Shown here piece by piece: positions 46,538-57,700 of a DNA stretch of 64,000 bases (position 1 is the first letter of the stretch; each line of letters begins with the position of its first letter). The DNA comes from Propionibacteriaceae bacterium (GTDB lineage Bacteria > Actinomycetota > Actinomycetes > Propionibacteriales > Propionibacteriaceae): assembly GCA_003158895.1 (NCBI GenBank), contig PMLO01000090.1:33005-97004 (forward strand), given 5' to 3'. Below the pieces are notes generated by a model. It saw only the letters and a program-made list of their open reading frames with translations, did not search any database and had not been told where the DNA came from. Position numbers and translations under genes: made by a program.

Positions 46538-47331
46538 TGAAGAACGAAGTGGAGGCTGGCCATCTGTTCGACGGTGAGCCGGTGTACCTGGTCCACATGA
46601 GGACCCCGCGAGAGCGCCGTCGGTCACGCCGGACAGCCGGCGACGAACGGTTCGCCTCGCCCATGGTCGACGCGCTGCTGACCAGCGACTTCAGCGAGGG
46701 GTACGACGTCCCGCAGCGGGACCCTTTCACCGGGCAGTACCGGGTGATTGTGCGCCTGGTCGATGGCAGGACGGTCCTGTGCAACCGGTGGAGCCTGGCG
46801 CATGCCCGGTCCTGCCCGAAGTGCGAGCAGAGGTGGAAGGACGCCGAGTACGCCCTGACTCATCAGACCCCTGAGGGGGGACTGCGGTCCACGATCGTCG
46901 CGAACCTGAGCGAGTTCCGCCGGCATGACTACTACATGGCGGACGCCCTGGACCTGACGTTCGAGCGAGACGACGTCGAGGTGGCCGGGATGCTCGACAC
47001 CGAGGAGTTCGGCATGTACCTGATCACCATTCAGGCGTGGGAGGTGGCCGACCGGACAGCGCGTGCGCAAGCGACGGAGACGGCCACGGACTGGCTCGTG
47101 CGGTGCGCGGGTGCTGTCGGTGGCCGACCGGTGAGCGCCGAGCAGGTGTCTGCCGTCCGAGCTTCCGTCGACTCGCATCTCGCCGACGACGTGTGGGCCG
47201 CGACCATCATCAACGAGTGGTCGGCGACCATGTCGATGGTGGCGGATCCGCTGTGGACCCAAATGCCCGTGGCCGCACCGGACGCGCTCACCACCGGTGC
47301 CCGATCGGGGACGGTTGAGGGCGAACTGTGA
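46537..47331 (+). CDS. hypothetical protein
   Basis: ATG overlaps the VirB4-like stop by 1 nt; good GC3; CPKCEQRW motif. Confidence 0.45.
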   Translation: MKNEVEAGHLFDGEPVYLVHMRTPRERRRSRRTAGDERFASPMVDALLTSDFSEGYDVPQRDPFTGQYRVIVRLVDGRTVLCNRWSLAHARSCPKCEQRWKDAEYALTHQTPEGGLRSTIVANLSEFRRHDYYMADALDLTFERDDVEVAGMLDTEEFGMYLITIQAWEVADRTARAQATETATDWLVRCAGAVGGRPVSAEQVSAVRASVDSHLADDVWAATIINEWSATMSMVADPLWTQMPVAAPDALTTGARSGTVEGEL

Positions 47332-47350
47332 AGACCAACACCAACACCCG

Positions 47351-47713
47351 ATGGGACCCGCAATGAGCGACAACCTGCCCGGTAGGCCCATGCTGCGGTG
47401 GCCGGCTTACCAGCCGACGCGCCTCGGACTCGTCTACGCCTCGATCACAGGAACGACACTGGCGGTGCTGCGCGGGACGCTGCAGACCCTGAGAGTGACG
47501 ATCGCACTTGGGGCCGCCTACACCATCGTCGAGCTCGGCAACATCGTTGAGCTGATCCATGACAACTGGGCGACGTTCGTCGCCTCGTCGCCGGGGGTGA
47601 TCATCACCTTCGCGCTCGGGATGACCGTCATATGCGCCGGGGTCGCCGTCCACGGAATGGCGCTCCGAATGCTGAGCAGAGAGCTGGCGGCCCTACCCAG
47701 GTACCGCCGGTGA
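47351..47713 (+). CDS. small membrane protein
   Basis: Three hydrophobic segments (LGLVYASITGTTLAVL, ...IITFALGMTVICAGVAVHGMAL). Confidence 0.45.
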   Translation: MGPAMSDNLPGRPMLRWPAYQPTRLGLVYASITGTTLAVLRGTLQTLRVTIALGAAYTIVELGNIVELIHDNWATFVASSPGVIITFALGMTVICAGVAVHGMALRMLSRELAALPRYRR

Positions 47714-47737
47714 GCGCCGCCCCCTGACCGCGAGCAT

Positions 47738-48169
47738 GTGGGACCGATCGGGGACGGTTTCGGGGGATCAGTGAAGACCAGGGAAGGAAGTCACGTGGAG
47801 GTTGTCGTGCCTGCTGAGGGCAGGTTGGCGTTGCTGGTCGACGTGTCGGGCGACATCAGATCGGTGGGGTTGTCGGCGTCGTCTCCTGCTGCGTGGGCCG
47901 AGGAGCTGGCGGGCTTGTTGGGCCATAGCCAGTGGGTGACTCGTGAGGTGACGTGTGCGGATGCGGCGGTGCTGGTGTGGTCGGCGCAGGGCAGCCTGCC
48001 GCCGGTGAATGTGAGGGTGATGGTGATGCTGGCGGGGCTGGGTGAGCATGCGTGGCTGGCTCGTGGGCCGGTCCTGATGACCGGCCCGGCTGGTCCTGGC
48101 GGGATCCCCGGCCCGGTGTCGGCTGAGGTGGCTCACAGTCTGGTGTTTGGGGATGACCCTGATGAATGA
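47738..48169 (+). CDS. hypothetical protein
   Basis: ORF with good GC3 in the operon context; overlaps the next gene. Confidence 0.4.
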   Translation: MGPIGDGFGGSVKTREGSHVEVVVPAEGRLALLVDVSGDIRSVGLSASSPAAWAEELAGLLGHSQWVTREVTCADAAVLVWSAQGSLPPVNVRVMVMLAGLGEHAWLARGPVLMTGPAGPGGIPGPVSAEVAHSLVFGDDPDE

Positions 48170-49985
48170 TCCGGACGCGGCGGCGGACGTAGGGATCTGG
48201 GCGCTTTTTGGGGTGCTGGGTGTCGGTATCGCGTTGGGGCTTGGCGGGTCGGTCGCGATTTGGGTGTTGACCGGGCATTGGCCGCACGCCGGCGTGTGGA
48301 CGGGGCTGATGGTGTTGCTGCATCCGGGCAGTCCGTGGGTGGCGTGGCAGCAGCCGACAGGGCCGTTGTGGGCGTATTGGCTGATTTCCGGTGTGGTCGG
48401 TCTGCTCGTGGTGTCGGTGCTGGTGTGGGTCGGTGTCCGGGTGTTCGGGTTGGGGTCGAAGCAGCTCGTCGATCCGGGCCGGCATCCGGATCGGGTTCCG
48501 GGGTTGGCGGGGGCGGCCGAGGTTCGTCGGGTCGCGGGCGATCGTCAGCTGCTGAAGGCGGCGAAGACGCTGCGGCCGTCGCTGGGCCGTTCGGCGAGGT
48601 TGACTGATGTGGGGTGGACGGTCGGTGTCGCGTGCGGGTTCCGGTGGTTCTCGATCCGTTTGCGGCGGCTGGTCGCGCATGGTGTTGCGGTGTGGGTGGG
48701 TGTGCGGGACTCGATCGTGGTTCTTGGAGCTCCCGGGTCTGGTAAGGGTTTGCATCTGGTGATGCGGGCGATTCTGGACGCACCGGGTGCGGTGATCACG
48801 ACGTCTACCCGTCCGGACAATGCGCTGGTCACGATGACTGCTCGGGCAGATGGTGGGCGGCCGGTGATGGTGTTCGATCCGCAAGGCCTGGCGGCGGGTG
48901 TTCCGGGTGTGATGGCATGGTCGCCGATCCGGGGCTGTGAGCATCCGCGGACGGCGATGGTCCGTGCGGTCGCGTTGACTGCCGGGTCAGCGGACGGCAC
49001 TGAAGACTCGAGCTACTGGGCGACACAGGCCGCGGGCGTGGTCCAAGGCCTGCTCCATGCCGCAGCGTTGGCGAAAGTCTCGACCCCTGAGCTGTGGTCG
49101 TGGACGTTGTCGCCAGGTAACGCCCGTACCGCGGTCGACATTCTGTCCAGCACGGCTGGTGCCGCGCCGGGTTGGGCGGGTGCGCTGCGGGGCGTGGTGG
49201 AGGGCGACCCGAGGCTTCGGGACAACATCTGGTCGGTGGTCACGGGCGCGTTCGCCGCAATGGCGGACCCGGACGTGCTGGCTGCCTGTACCCCGCCAGC
49301 GGGGGCGGCGTTCGACCCGGTGTCGTTCCTGCGTGACAAGGGGACGTTGTATCTGCTCGGTACCGCGTCGGGCGCGTCAGCGGCGGCGAACCTGATCGCC
49401 GCGCTGGTCGAAGACATTGTCGAGACGGGCCGGGTGTTGGCGGCCGCGTCGACTGGTGCCCGGTTGGATCCGCCGTGCGCGCTGGTGTTGGACGAGGCGG
49501 CGAACTATCCGCTGCCGAGCCTGCCGTCGTTGATGAGTGAGGGCGGCGGGACCGGGTTCACGATGTGGGTGTTCTTGCAGTCGCTCGCGCAGGCCCGCAA
49601 GAAGTGGGGCAAGGACGCGGCGGAAATCGTGTGGGACGCGGCGACGGTGAAGGTCATCCTCGGGGGTGGCGGGAACGCCGACGACCTGAAGGACCTGTCG
49701 ACGCTGATGGGACAGTATCGCGAGACCCGGGTGACGACGTCGGGCGGCCGCTCCGGTCGGGGCTGGTCAGAGTCGGTGCAGGATTCGCCGATCCTGGATC
49801 CGGGCCAGATCCGGCGGATCAAGTTCGGGTGGGGTCTGGTGCTGCTGCGTTCCGGTGCTCCGATCATGGCCAGGTTGCAGCGCTGGATCGACCGTGACGA
49901 CGCCTCCCGGCTCACCACAGACCGTCGCCGGCTCGAGGAGCTGTTGCAGCGTGCCGCAGCGCAGAAGCCCGCCGGCCGTGCGTGA
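48147..49985 (+). CDS. type IV coupling protein (VirD4/TraG family)
   Basis: N-terminal TM helices, Walker A VVLGAPGSGKG, Walker B CALVLDEAANY. Confidence 0.8.
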   Translation: MGMTLMNDPDAAADVGIWALFGVLGVGIALGLGGSVAIWVLTGHWPHAGVWTGLMVLLHPGSPWVAWQQPTGPLWAYWLISGVVGLLVVSVLVWVGVRVFGLGSKQLVDPGRHPDRVPGLAGAAEVRRVAGDRQLLKAAKTLRPSLGRSARLTDVGWTVGVACGFRWFSIRLRRLVAHGVAVWVGVRDSIVVLGAPGSGKGLHLVMRAILDAPGAVITTSTRPDNALVTMTARADGGRPVMVFDPQGLAAGVPGVMAWSPIRGCEHPRTAMVRAVALTAGSADGTEDSSYWATQAAGVVQGLLHAAALAKVSTPELWSWTLSPGNARTAVDILSSTAGAAPGWAGALRGVVEGDPRLRDNIWSVVTGAFAAMADPDVLAACTPPAGAAFDPVSFLRDKGTLYLLGTASGASAAANLIAALVEDIVETGRVLAAASTGARLDPPCALVLDEAANYPLPSLPSLMSEGGGTGFTMWVFLQSLAQARKKWGKDAAEIVWDAATVKVILGGGGNADDLKDLSTLMGQYRETRVTTSGGRSGRGWSESVQDSPILDPGQIRRIKFGWGLVLLRSGAPIMARLQRWIDRDDASRLTTDRRRLEELLQRAAAQKPAGRA

Positions 49986-50355
49986 CCCTCGTCGCGGCGT
50001 GGCGTGGACGCAGGCTCGGGTTCGTCGCCGTTCGAAGTACTCGGCCTACATCACCAGCCCGGCCTGGTTCAGGCGGCGGGAGTCGTGGGTTGCCGCGTAC
50101 ACGTTGCGTCATGGGACAGGCCCGGTGTGCGCCGGCTGCGGCGGTGCCTGGTCGGTCGCGCACGGTGACCTGCACCACATCACCTACGCCCGGCTGGGCG
50201 CTGAACACGACGCGGATCTTGTCGCGTTGTGTCGTGTGTGCCACTCCACGCTCCACGACCTGTGGGACGCCTCCCCCGCGTGGCGTCGTCTCGGGCGAGT
50301 CACGGCCACACGCGGAATCCTCGCTCTGCTGCGCACCCGAAAGGCGACCACATGA
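49978..50355 (+). CDS. HNH-like zinc-binding protein
   Basis: The GTG start overlaps the VirD4-like stop. CAGCGG...DLHHITYARLG...ALCRVCHSTLH. The listed ORF 49982.. is a different frame. Confidence 0.5.
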   Translation: MRDPRRGVAWTQARVRRRSKYSAYITSPAWFRRRESWVAAYTLRHGTGPVCAGCGGAWSVAHGDLHHITYARLGAEHDADLVALCRVCHSTLHDLWDASPAWRRLGRVTATRGILALLRTRKATT

Positions 50356-50909
50356 CCCTCTCGACGTCGATCGACCCGGACGAGCCCACCGGCGCGGACA
50401 CCTTGGTCCCTGAGCTGGCGGATGGTGACTCTTCCGCCCTTGACTTGGCGGCGCTGCTTGGTGGGCCTGACTTCGGCGGTTTGGGCGTCGGGCCGATCTA
50501 CTGGCCGGACCTGTCGCCGGACGAGTATGGGGAGAAGCTGCGTGAGTTGGCGGTGTGGGTAGGTGGGTTGCAGGTCCGCTACCCGGAGATGGTGACGTTG
50601 CCGTTGTGCTGGTGGAAGCACAACTCGATCATCGAGCTGCTGTCGACGATGCGCGAGCATGAGCAGTTCTCGTACTCGCGGGCCTCGCCCCCGCCGGCGT
50701 CCGCATCGTGGCAGCTGATCTTCCGGGACCTGGAAGCACGACTTCGCGACTGGATCCGGATGCTGCGGTGCAACAGCGACTACCGGGTCACTCACGACCA
50801 CCTGATGCTGCCTACCCAGCCCCCGGACGGACTGGCTGACTGGCTGAAAGAAAGATCCGAACAACTCACACCCACCGGAGAGGACATCACTCATGGCGAT
50901 CAAAACTAA
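50352..50909 (+). CDS. DUF4913-like hypothetical protein
   Basis: ATGA overlap; WPDLSPDEYGEKLRELAVWVGGLQVRYP...LPLCWWKHNSIIELLS. Confidence 0.45.
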   Translation: MTLSTSIDPDEPTGADTLVPELADGDSSALDLAALLGGPDFGGLGVGPIYWPDLSPDEYGEKLRELAVWVGGLQVRYPEMVTLPLCWWKHNSIIELLSTMREHEQFSYSRASPPPASASWQLIFRDLEARLRDWIRMLRCNSDYRVTHDHLMLPTQPPDGLADWLKERSEQLTPTGEDITHGDQN

Positions 50910-51375
50910 ATGGCTCGTCTCGCACGCCTGCGGGCATCAGGAGACCCACGACCTTGGCGGGAAGCCGGCCGACAAGCGAGCCGGGTATGCGGCCTGGCTG
51001 GCCCGGACAGATTGCCGTGCGTGCTGGCAGGCGTCCCGTACCCCGTCGAAGGAATGGCTCGCCGAGCAGGCGGCCGAGCTGGACACGTGGGAGACGACGG
51101 CGGAGATGCCGCCGCTGGAAGGCAGCGAGAAGGCGGTCACGTGGGGTCGGCAGTGCCGCCACGACCTGTTGGTCGGTGCGTACTCGGCGTTGGTCACCGA
51201 CGCCGCCGACCTCGACGATGACTCGTGGCTGGCGCAGGTCGAGATCCCTGCGCGCCGGATCGGACGGGCGTCCTGGTGGATCGATAACCGTGACACCGAC
51301 ACGGTCGACATCCTCGAGCTCCTCGAGGTCGCTCAGGGCGATGAGACGGCGGGGATCTGCGAGAATCCCGCATGA
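50893..51375 (+). CDS. hypothetical Cys/His protein sharing a domain with the next gene's N-terminus
   Basis: HACGHQETHDL...CRACW, then EMPPLEGSEKAVTWGRQCRHDLLV...ASWWIDNRD. Confidence 0.5.
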   Translation: MAIKTKWLVSHACGHQETHDLGGKPADKRAGYAAWLARTDCRACWQASRTPSKEWLAEQAAELDTWETTAEMPPLEGSEKAVTWGRQCRHDLLVGAYSALVTDAADLDDDSWLAQVEIPARRIGRASWWIDNRDTDTVDILELLEVAQGDETAGICENPA

Positions 51376-53321
51376 CGAGCCCTGCCGGGTGGGTCGCCGG
51401 CCCTGACCCTGACCCCGCGGCGCGGCCTGTTGCGACCGCGTCGTCGTCGCCGGTGTCCCGCGCTGACCTGGAGGAGTGGGAAGTCGCAAACGAGCTGCCG
51501 GAGCTGACGGGTGTCAGCACGAAGGCAGTCGACTGGGGTCGGCAATGTCGCTACGACTGGCTGGTCCGCAGCGCGGCGGCGTGGGTCGGGGTCGCAGAGT
51601 CGAACGACCACTCCTGGTACAGCGACTACCGAGACCCGGCCCGGAAAGTCACGTCGGCGTCGTATTGGATCTCTCACCGCACCGACCAGTTCGACTCCGC
51701 GGATCAGCTGAGTCCCGAGCCCGTCTCCGTCAGCTCGACCGCACCGGTCACCGCGGCCGGGCAGGCGCCGGCGAATGCGGGGGCTGCGGATCTTGCCCGG
51801 GCGGCCGTCGATCAGAACACGATCGTCGAGGTGCTGGGCCGGATGGGTGTCTCCGCCCCGGCGGACTGGGACGGGTTGTCGGACTTCCGGGTTCCTGCCG
51901 CCGCTTTGGGCATGCCTCACGGCCCCGACGACGGGCAAGGTGTCACGATCCGTCCACGTACCGGCACCTGGATCGCGTGGCACGGCTACGAGCTCGCCAG
52001 CGGGACAGAGAAGAGCCCGTACCGCGGAGACGTCATCCGGCTGGTGCAGACAGCGGCCGGCATCACGTATCCGGCCGCGGTGCGGTTGCTGGCCAGTGAG
52101 GCAGAGATTCCGGTTGTCAGGCGTGAAGCGGATGCGCCGCTGGCGGGCAGATCAAAGTTCTGGGAGTCGCCCGTCCGCACGCGGACATCGTTGGCGGAAG
52201 TCCTGGACGTCAACCGGGCCGCGTGGGCTTTCTACACCGAGCCGGTGTTGGCGCAGCAGGCGGCACGGTACCTCGCCTCACGCAGCATCGACGTGACCGC
52301 GTTGGAACGCGAAGCGGGCCGGCCGTTGGCCGGGCACACGCCCGGCTCCACGACTGGGCTCGTGGATCATCTGCGGCAGGCCGGTTTCAGCGACGACGCG
52401 ATGGTCGACGCGGGCTGGGCGAACCGCCGCCCTGACGCCACGGAGCTAACCGACAGGTTCCGGCATCGTCTCCTGATCCCGTTCCGCGACGACCAGGACA
52501 ACGTTCTGGGCGTCACAGGCCGGGACGTGACCGGGGTCGCGAAGGCGAAGTACCTGAACACGTCCGCCACGATCGCCTACGACAAGTCCGCCATCCTCTA
52601 CAGACCCGTACGAGCCGCCCTGGACCCCGGAGCGACCGTGATCGCCGTAGAGGGAACCCTCGACGCGCTCGCGATCTCCGCCGCGGCCGCCACCGCCGGC
52701 GTGAGCGCGAAGTTCGCCCCGTGCAGCCAGTCCGGGCTGTCGTTGACGACGAAGGTAGCGCCCGTGTTCTTCGGCCTGTCGGACAGTCCGCCGCTGGTCT
52801 GTGCTGACGGTGACCTCGCCGGCCGGACCGCGACGGAGAAGTGGGCGCGGCTCGCAATGGGCACCTACCACCGCGAAGTCCTCTGCCTGGCCCTACCCGG
52901 CGGAAAAGACCCGGCCGAGTGGCTCTCTGAGCACGGCACCGCCGGGCTCGCGACGTTCACTCGCCAAGCCACATACAACACGGTCGTGGGCGTCCCCGCG
53001 GTATCGATGGCCCACCCGGTACACGCCGGCGAGTTCCTCGCCGCGGCGGAACTGGCGCGGCATCCGACGACAACGGAAACAGTCGCCGCCGAGACCCTGC
53101 CCGGACTGGCAGCCATCGCAGCGCAAGTCCCCGACCCGGCCGCGGTCAACAGGTTCGCGGCCGCGGCCGGGGCAATCATCGCGGGAACCGTCGACAACAA
53201 CGACGCGGCGGCACCATGGCGCACAGGCCAGCTCCTGCACCTCGTACAGCACGAGCTCCACGACGACCACCCCCAACACACCCTGACCCTGACCGCCGCC
53301 CCGGCCCTTCATCAGATGTGA
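51372..53321 (+). CDS. Toprim-domain DNA primase-like protein
   Basis: Toprim Glu (VIAVEGTLDALA) and DxD (VCADGDLAGRTA). The N-terminal domain is paralogous to 50893..51375. Confidence 0.6.
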   Translation: MTSPAGWVAGPDPDPAARPVATASSSPVSRADLEEWEVANELPELTGVSTKAVDWGRQCRYDWLVRSAAAWVGVAESNDHSWYSDYRDPARKVTSASYWISHRTDQFDSADQLSPEPVSVSSTAPVTAAGQAPANAGAADLARAAVDQNTIVEVLGRMGVSAPADWDGLSDFRVPAAALGMPHGPDDGQGVTIRPRTGTWIAWHGYELASGTEKSPYRGDVIRLVQTAAGITYPAAVRLLASEAEIPVVRREADAPLAGRSKFWESPVRTRTSLAEVLDVNRAAWAFYTEPVLAQQAARYLASRSIDVTALEREAGRPLAGHTPGSTTGLVDHLRQAGFSDDAMVDAGWANRRPDATELTDRFRHRLLIPFRDDQDNVLGVTGRDVTGVAKAKYLNTSATIAYDKSAILYRPVRAALDPGATVIAVEGTLDALAISAAAATAGVSAKFAPCSQSGLSLTTKVAPVFFGLSDSPPLVCADGDLAGRTATEKWARLAMGTYHREVLCLALPGGKDPAEWLSEHGTAGLATFTRQATYNTVVGVPAVSMAHPVHAGEFLAAAELARHPTTTETVAAETLPGLAAIAAQVPDPAAVNRFAAAAGAIIAGTVDNNDAAAPWRTGQLLHLVQHELHDDHPQHTLTLTAAPALHQM

Positions 53322-53424
53322 GCCGAGCCAGTGGCCGTGTACGAGGTATTCATATGACCGTTTCGGCTGAGCCGGTCCTGCTATTGGCGCCCTGGTCGAT
53401 CTGTCCCCCCGGCGGGTCTGTGGC

Positions 53425-54021
53425 ATGAACCTCCGGGAGTGTGCGTGGTGTCGCGGGCCGATTCCGGCGACGCTGAGGCGTGATGCGGTGTGTTGTTCGG
53501 TTCGGTGTCGGCAGGCACGTCACCGGTTCACGACCGGTGCAGGCGTCGCGCAGGACCTCCACGACGCGTCGTTGCTGCAGCCGCCGACTTACATCGCGAT
53601 GAGAGAAGCGATCGCCGACGCCAGACGGGTCCTGAAGGAACGAGATGAGAAGGCGGAGCGGGTCGCCGACGAAGCCGAACGGATCGCCGCCGCTTCCCGG
53701 GCCGCCGAGCGAGACGAACGCATCCGCACCATCGATGCCAGCATGGCAGCGAGCCGGGCTCGTCACGAACGATGGGTGGAGGCACAGGCGCTCCGACGCC
53801 AACAGGCCGCAGCCGAGGCGGCGACCCGCCAACCCCAGAACCCAGGCGGCGGCGACGAGACCCTCGGCTTTCCGGCCAGGAACGGCTCGTTCCCCGTCGT
53901 GTACACGCTGCAGGACCTCGCCGGGTGGGAGGCCACGTATCAGCTGGAAGCGCCGGGCATGGGGCGTGGCGGCGAGTCCTCGAGCATCACGTCGGCCTGT
54001 TCGCCGACTGGGTCGGATTGA
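53425..54021 (+). CDS. zinc-ribbon plus coiled-coil protein
   Basis: CAWCRGPIPATLRRDAVCCSVRCRQARHRF, then a charged helical region. Confidence 0.45.
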   Translation: MNLRECAWCRGPIPATLRRDAVCCSVRCRQARHRFTTGAGVAQDLHDASLLQPPTYIAMREAIADARRVLKERDEKAERVADEAERIAAASRAAERDERIRTIDASMAASRARHERWVEAQALRRQQAAAEAATRQPQNPGGGDETLGFPARNGSFPVVYTLQDLAGWEATYQLEAPGMGRGGESSSITSACSPTGSD

Positions 54022-54326
54022 TGACCGACCGGTGGGCGACCGGCCTCCCTGAGCATCTCGTTGACCCGGCGTGGGCCGCGCTGTACCTGACGACAACGTC
54101 GCTGTCGGGGCAGGTCAGTGTCTTCGTCGGCGGCGGCGATCTCGACCGCGACCTGCTCTACCCGTACGACCCGATCGACCCTGACAGACTCATTTTGGCC
54201 AGGATGGCCGCGTTGGGCCTGATCCGGGTGGACATCGAACCGGGTGAGCCTGTGATGGTGCGGGTCCTCCATGACCTCGGCCAGGTCCAGTGGAACGCGA
54301 AGGTCCGGCAGCCTCACGCGTCCTGA
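54021..54326 (+). CDS. hypothetical protein
   Basis: ATG overlaps the upstream TGA by 1 nt; MTDRWATGLPEHLVDPAWAALYL... Confidence 0.4.
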   Translation: MTDRWATGLPEHLVDPAWAALYLTTTSLSGQVSVFVGGGDLDRDLLYPYDPIDPDRLILARMAALGLIRVDIEPGEPVMVRVLHDLGQVQWNAKVRQPHAS

Positions 54327-54714
54327 TCGTAGGCGCCAGTATCGTCGCCGACCCCCGAGGAGCGACGAGGAGAAGGTGGTCGTCGCAACGCCATGTCGAT
54401 CGCGATCGAGGAGGCGACCAGCGCGAACCCAACTGTCCATCCGGTGCGGGCACGGCTCCCGAGAATCTGTGTCACGGTAAAGACGCCAGCCCACCCCCGT
54501 CGCGCTGCCGTTCACGGCGGGGCTTGCCTGACACAAGTGTCACTTGGTCCTGCCACCGACAGACACGCGCACACTGCACGCCGCGACCCTCTGACGGCAA
54601 CGAAACCCGGGGCACGACGGCCACGACCACGACGACGGAGCCACCCATCCGAGACGAAAAGGGGAGGGTTCACCGCGGTGCATGAAGAACCACTTCTGGT
54701 GATGGGACCTGCTC

Positions 54715-57700
54715 ATGTCGGTGTCGATCAACCGTCTTGTCGGCGCCAAAGGCGCCGAGTATCTGCTGCGCACCATCGCGCACGGCGACGGACGATCGGC
54801 TGCCGGCTCAGCACTGACTCGCTACTACGCCGAGTCCGGAACTCCGCCTGGCCGCTGGTTCGGGGCCGGCCTCACCCAACTCGACGACGGCCGCGGCATC
54901 GAGGCCGGCAGCGAAGTAGGCGAGGACCAACTACGCAACATGCTGGGCGGCGGCTTCGATCCGGTGACGATGAAACCGCTCGGCAAAGTCCTCAGCCCGT
55001 ACCTGAAGCAGACCGGACCCGACGGGAAACCGATCGAACGCCGCTCAGTGACCGGCTTCGACCTGACCTTCTCGGTGCCCAAGTCTGTCTCTGCGATGTG
55101 GGCCATCGCTGACGGCGGGACCCAGGCGATCATCTACGAAGCGCACCAGGAAGCGATCAGGCAGGCACTCGTCTGGGCCGAGGAACACGTCTTCTTCTCC
55201 CGCTCAGGCCACAACGGCGTACTCCAAGAACGGATCCATGGTGTCGTCGGGGCCGGGTTCGACCACTGGGACTCGCGCGCCGCCGACCCGCAGCTACACA
55301 CCCACCTCGTGATACAGAACCGGGCAAAGTCGGTCTCCGACGGGCAGTGGCGCACCCTCGACTCCCGCGCCATCTACAAGGCCACGGTCACGCTCTCCGA
55401 GCTGCACCAGGTCTTGCTGCAAGACGAGCTGACGCGCCGACTCGGTGTCGGCTGGGACCCACGGACCCGCACCCACAGCCACGTCCCGAAGTGGGAAGTG
55501 ACCGGAGTCAGCGACGCGCTCCAGGCCGAGTTCTCACAACGCTCCGCGGCAATCGCAGTCCACAAGGACGAACAGGTCGCCGCGTTCGAGGCGACACACA
55601 GCCGTAAACCGACCGCCGTTGAGGTGCTACGGATGCGTCAGGCAGCGACCCTGGCGACCCGGGAAGACAAGCACGAGCACTCCCTCGCCGACCTCACCGA
55701 GCAATGGCGCGAACGAGCCCGAACCTATGTCGGCGAAGACACCGTCTCCTTCGTTGAGAGCCTCGCCCGCAACGACATGCCGCTACTACGCGCCGACGAC
55801 CTCACCGACGACATGCTGACCGAGCTCGGCACGGTCGCTCTCACCGGTGTCACCGAGAAGCGGGCGACGTTCACCCGCGCGAACGTGCACGCTGAACTGT
55901 CCCGGCGAATGGCCGAAATCCGGTTCGCCTCCGCAGCCGACCGCATCGCCGCCACCGAACGCGCCGCCACCATCGCCGTCGAGTCCGCGCTACGAATCTC
56001 CGCCGACGAGCTGCACCACACCCCCGACGCGTACCGCGACCAGAAGGCCGGCGTGTCCCGCTTCCGAGGCGTCGGGACCGAACTGTTCACCACCACCGCA
56101 CTCCTCGACGCCGAACACAGACTCGTCGAGACCTCACACCTGACCACCGGACCCCGCGTCAACCTCGACACCATCGACGCCACAGTCGGCGACGACGAGC
56201 ACGGCCAGCGACGCAACATGACCGGCAAAAAGCACGGCCTCAGCGACGAACAACTTGCCGCAGTCGCCGACATCGCCACCTCCGGCCGCATCGTCGACGT
56301 GCTAGTCGGACCAGCCGGGACCGGGAAGTCGACCACCATGGCCGGCCTACGCCAAGCATGGGAACACCACCACGGCGACGGCTCAGTCGTCGGCGCAGCA
56401 CCATCAGCAGCCGCAGCTGAAGTCCTCTCAGGCGAACTCGGCATCGCCTGCGAGAACACCGCGAAATGGCTCACCGAGCTCGCAGCGACCGGCCGTCGGC
56501 AGGCCGAGCTCCACCGGCTCGAGCATCCGACCCTGACCCCCGAACAAGCCCGAGCGGCAGCACAACACGCCCACACACGACTCGCAGCAGCCGAACAAAC
56601 CGGGAACGAAGCCACCATCAAAGCCGCAAAGCAGGACTACTTCGACCTGCTCGCCCTCACCTCACCGCAGCGACGAGCCGACCGGATCGCGGCCGTCAAG
56701 GCCGAGCTCCAGCAGTGGACCATCAAACCCGGCCAGCTCCTCATCGTCGACGAAGCCTCCCTGGCAGGCACGTTCGCCCTCGACGAACTCCGTCACCATG
56801 TCGCAACCGCCGGCGCGAAAATGCTGCTCGTCGGCGACTGGGCACAGCTCGCAGCCGTCGACGCCGGCGGCGCGTTCAGCCTGCTCGTCCACGACCGCGG
56901 CGACGCTCCTCAGCTCGCGGAAGTCCGCCGCTTCGAGCAGGACTGGGAGAAGGCGGCCTCACTACTGATGCGCCTGGGACATCGCGAGTGCATCGCCGAC
57001 TACCAGCAAGCCGGCCGCATCGTCGGCGGAACCCGAGACGCGCTCCTCGACAAGATCTACGACGACTGGCGCGCAGACCTCGCAGGCGGCGACACCAGCG
57101 TCATGATCGCCGGCGACAACCAAGTCGTCGCCGCGCTCAACACCCGCGCCCGCACCGACCTCATCGCAGCAGGCGTCGTGCGCGGCCGCGAAGTCCCTAT
57201 CGCCGACGAGCTCCACGCAGCACGAGGCGACCGGGTCATCACCAGACACAACGACCGCAGACTCACCACCAGCAAACGAGCCGGCGGATGGGTCAAGAAC
57301 GGCGACCAATGGGACGTGGTCACCGCGCACCGCGACGGATCCCTGACCGTGAAACGCAGCAAAGGCGGCGGCACACTCCGACTGCCGACCAGCTACGTCC
57401 GCGAACACGTCCAGCTCGCCTACGCGTCCACCACACACCGCGCACAAGGCATCACCGTCCAACACGGACGCAGCCTCATCGACCCGACTACGACCCGCGA
57501 AGCCAACTACGTCGGCGCGACCCGCGGCCGGATCGACAACACCATCTACGTCGACACCGCCTACGACCCCACACCCGACACCAGCTACCTACCAGCCGAC
57601 ACTGTCACCGTCGCAGATGTCCTGACCAAGGTCCTCGCCAACATCGGCGCCGAGCAGTCCGCAACAGCAACCATCGCCGCGCACCTCGACGACGCACAAT

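Noticed and set aside
47856-48944. 362-aa minus-strand ORF; the 660-aa ORF at 56466..58448 is similar
   Set aside because: Both are extremely Pro/Arg/His/Thr-rich. They lie opposite or out of frame to the VirD4-like and relaxase genes, whose frames carry Walker and relaxase motifs.
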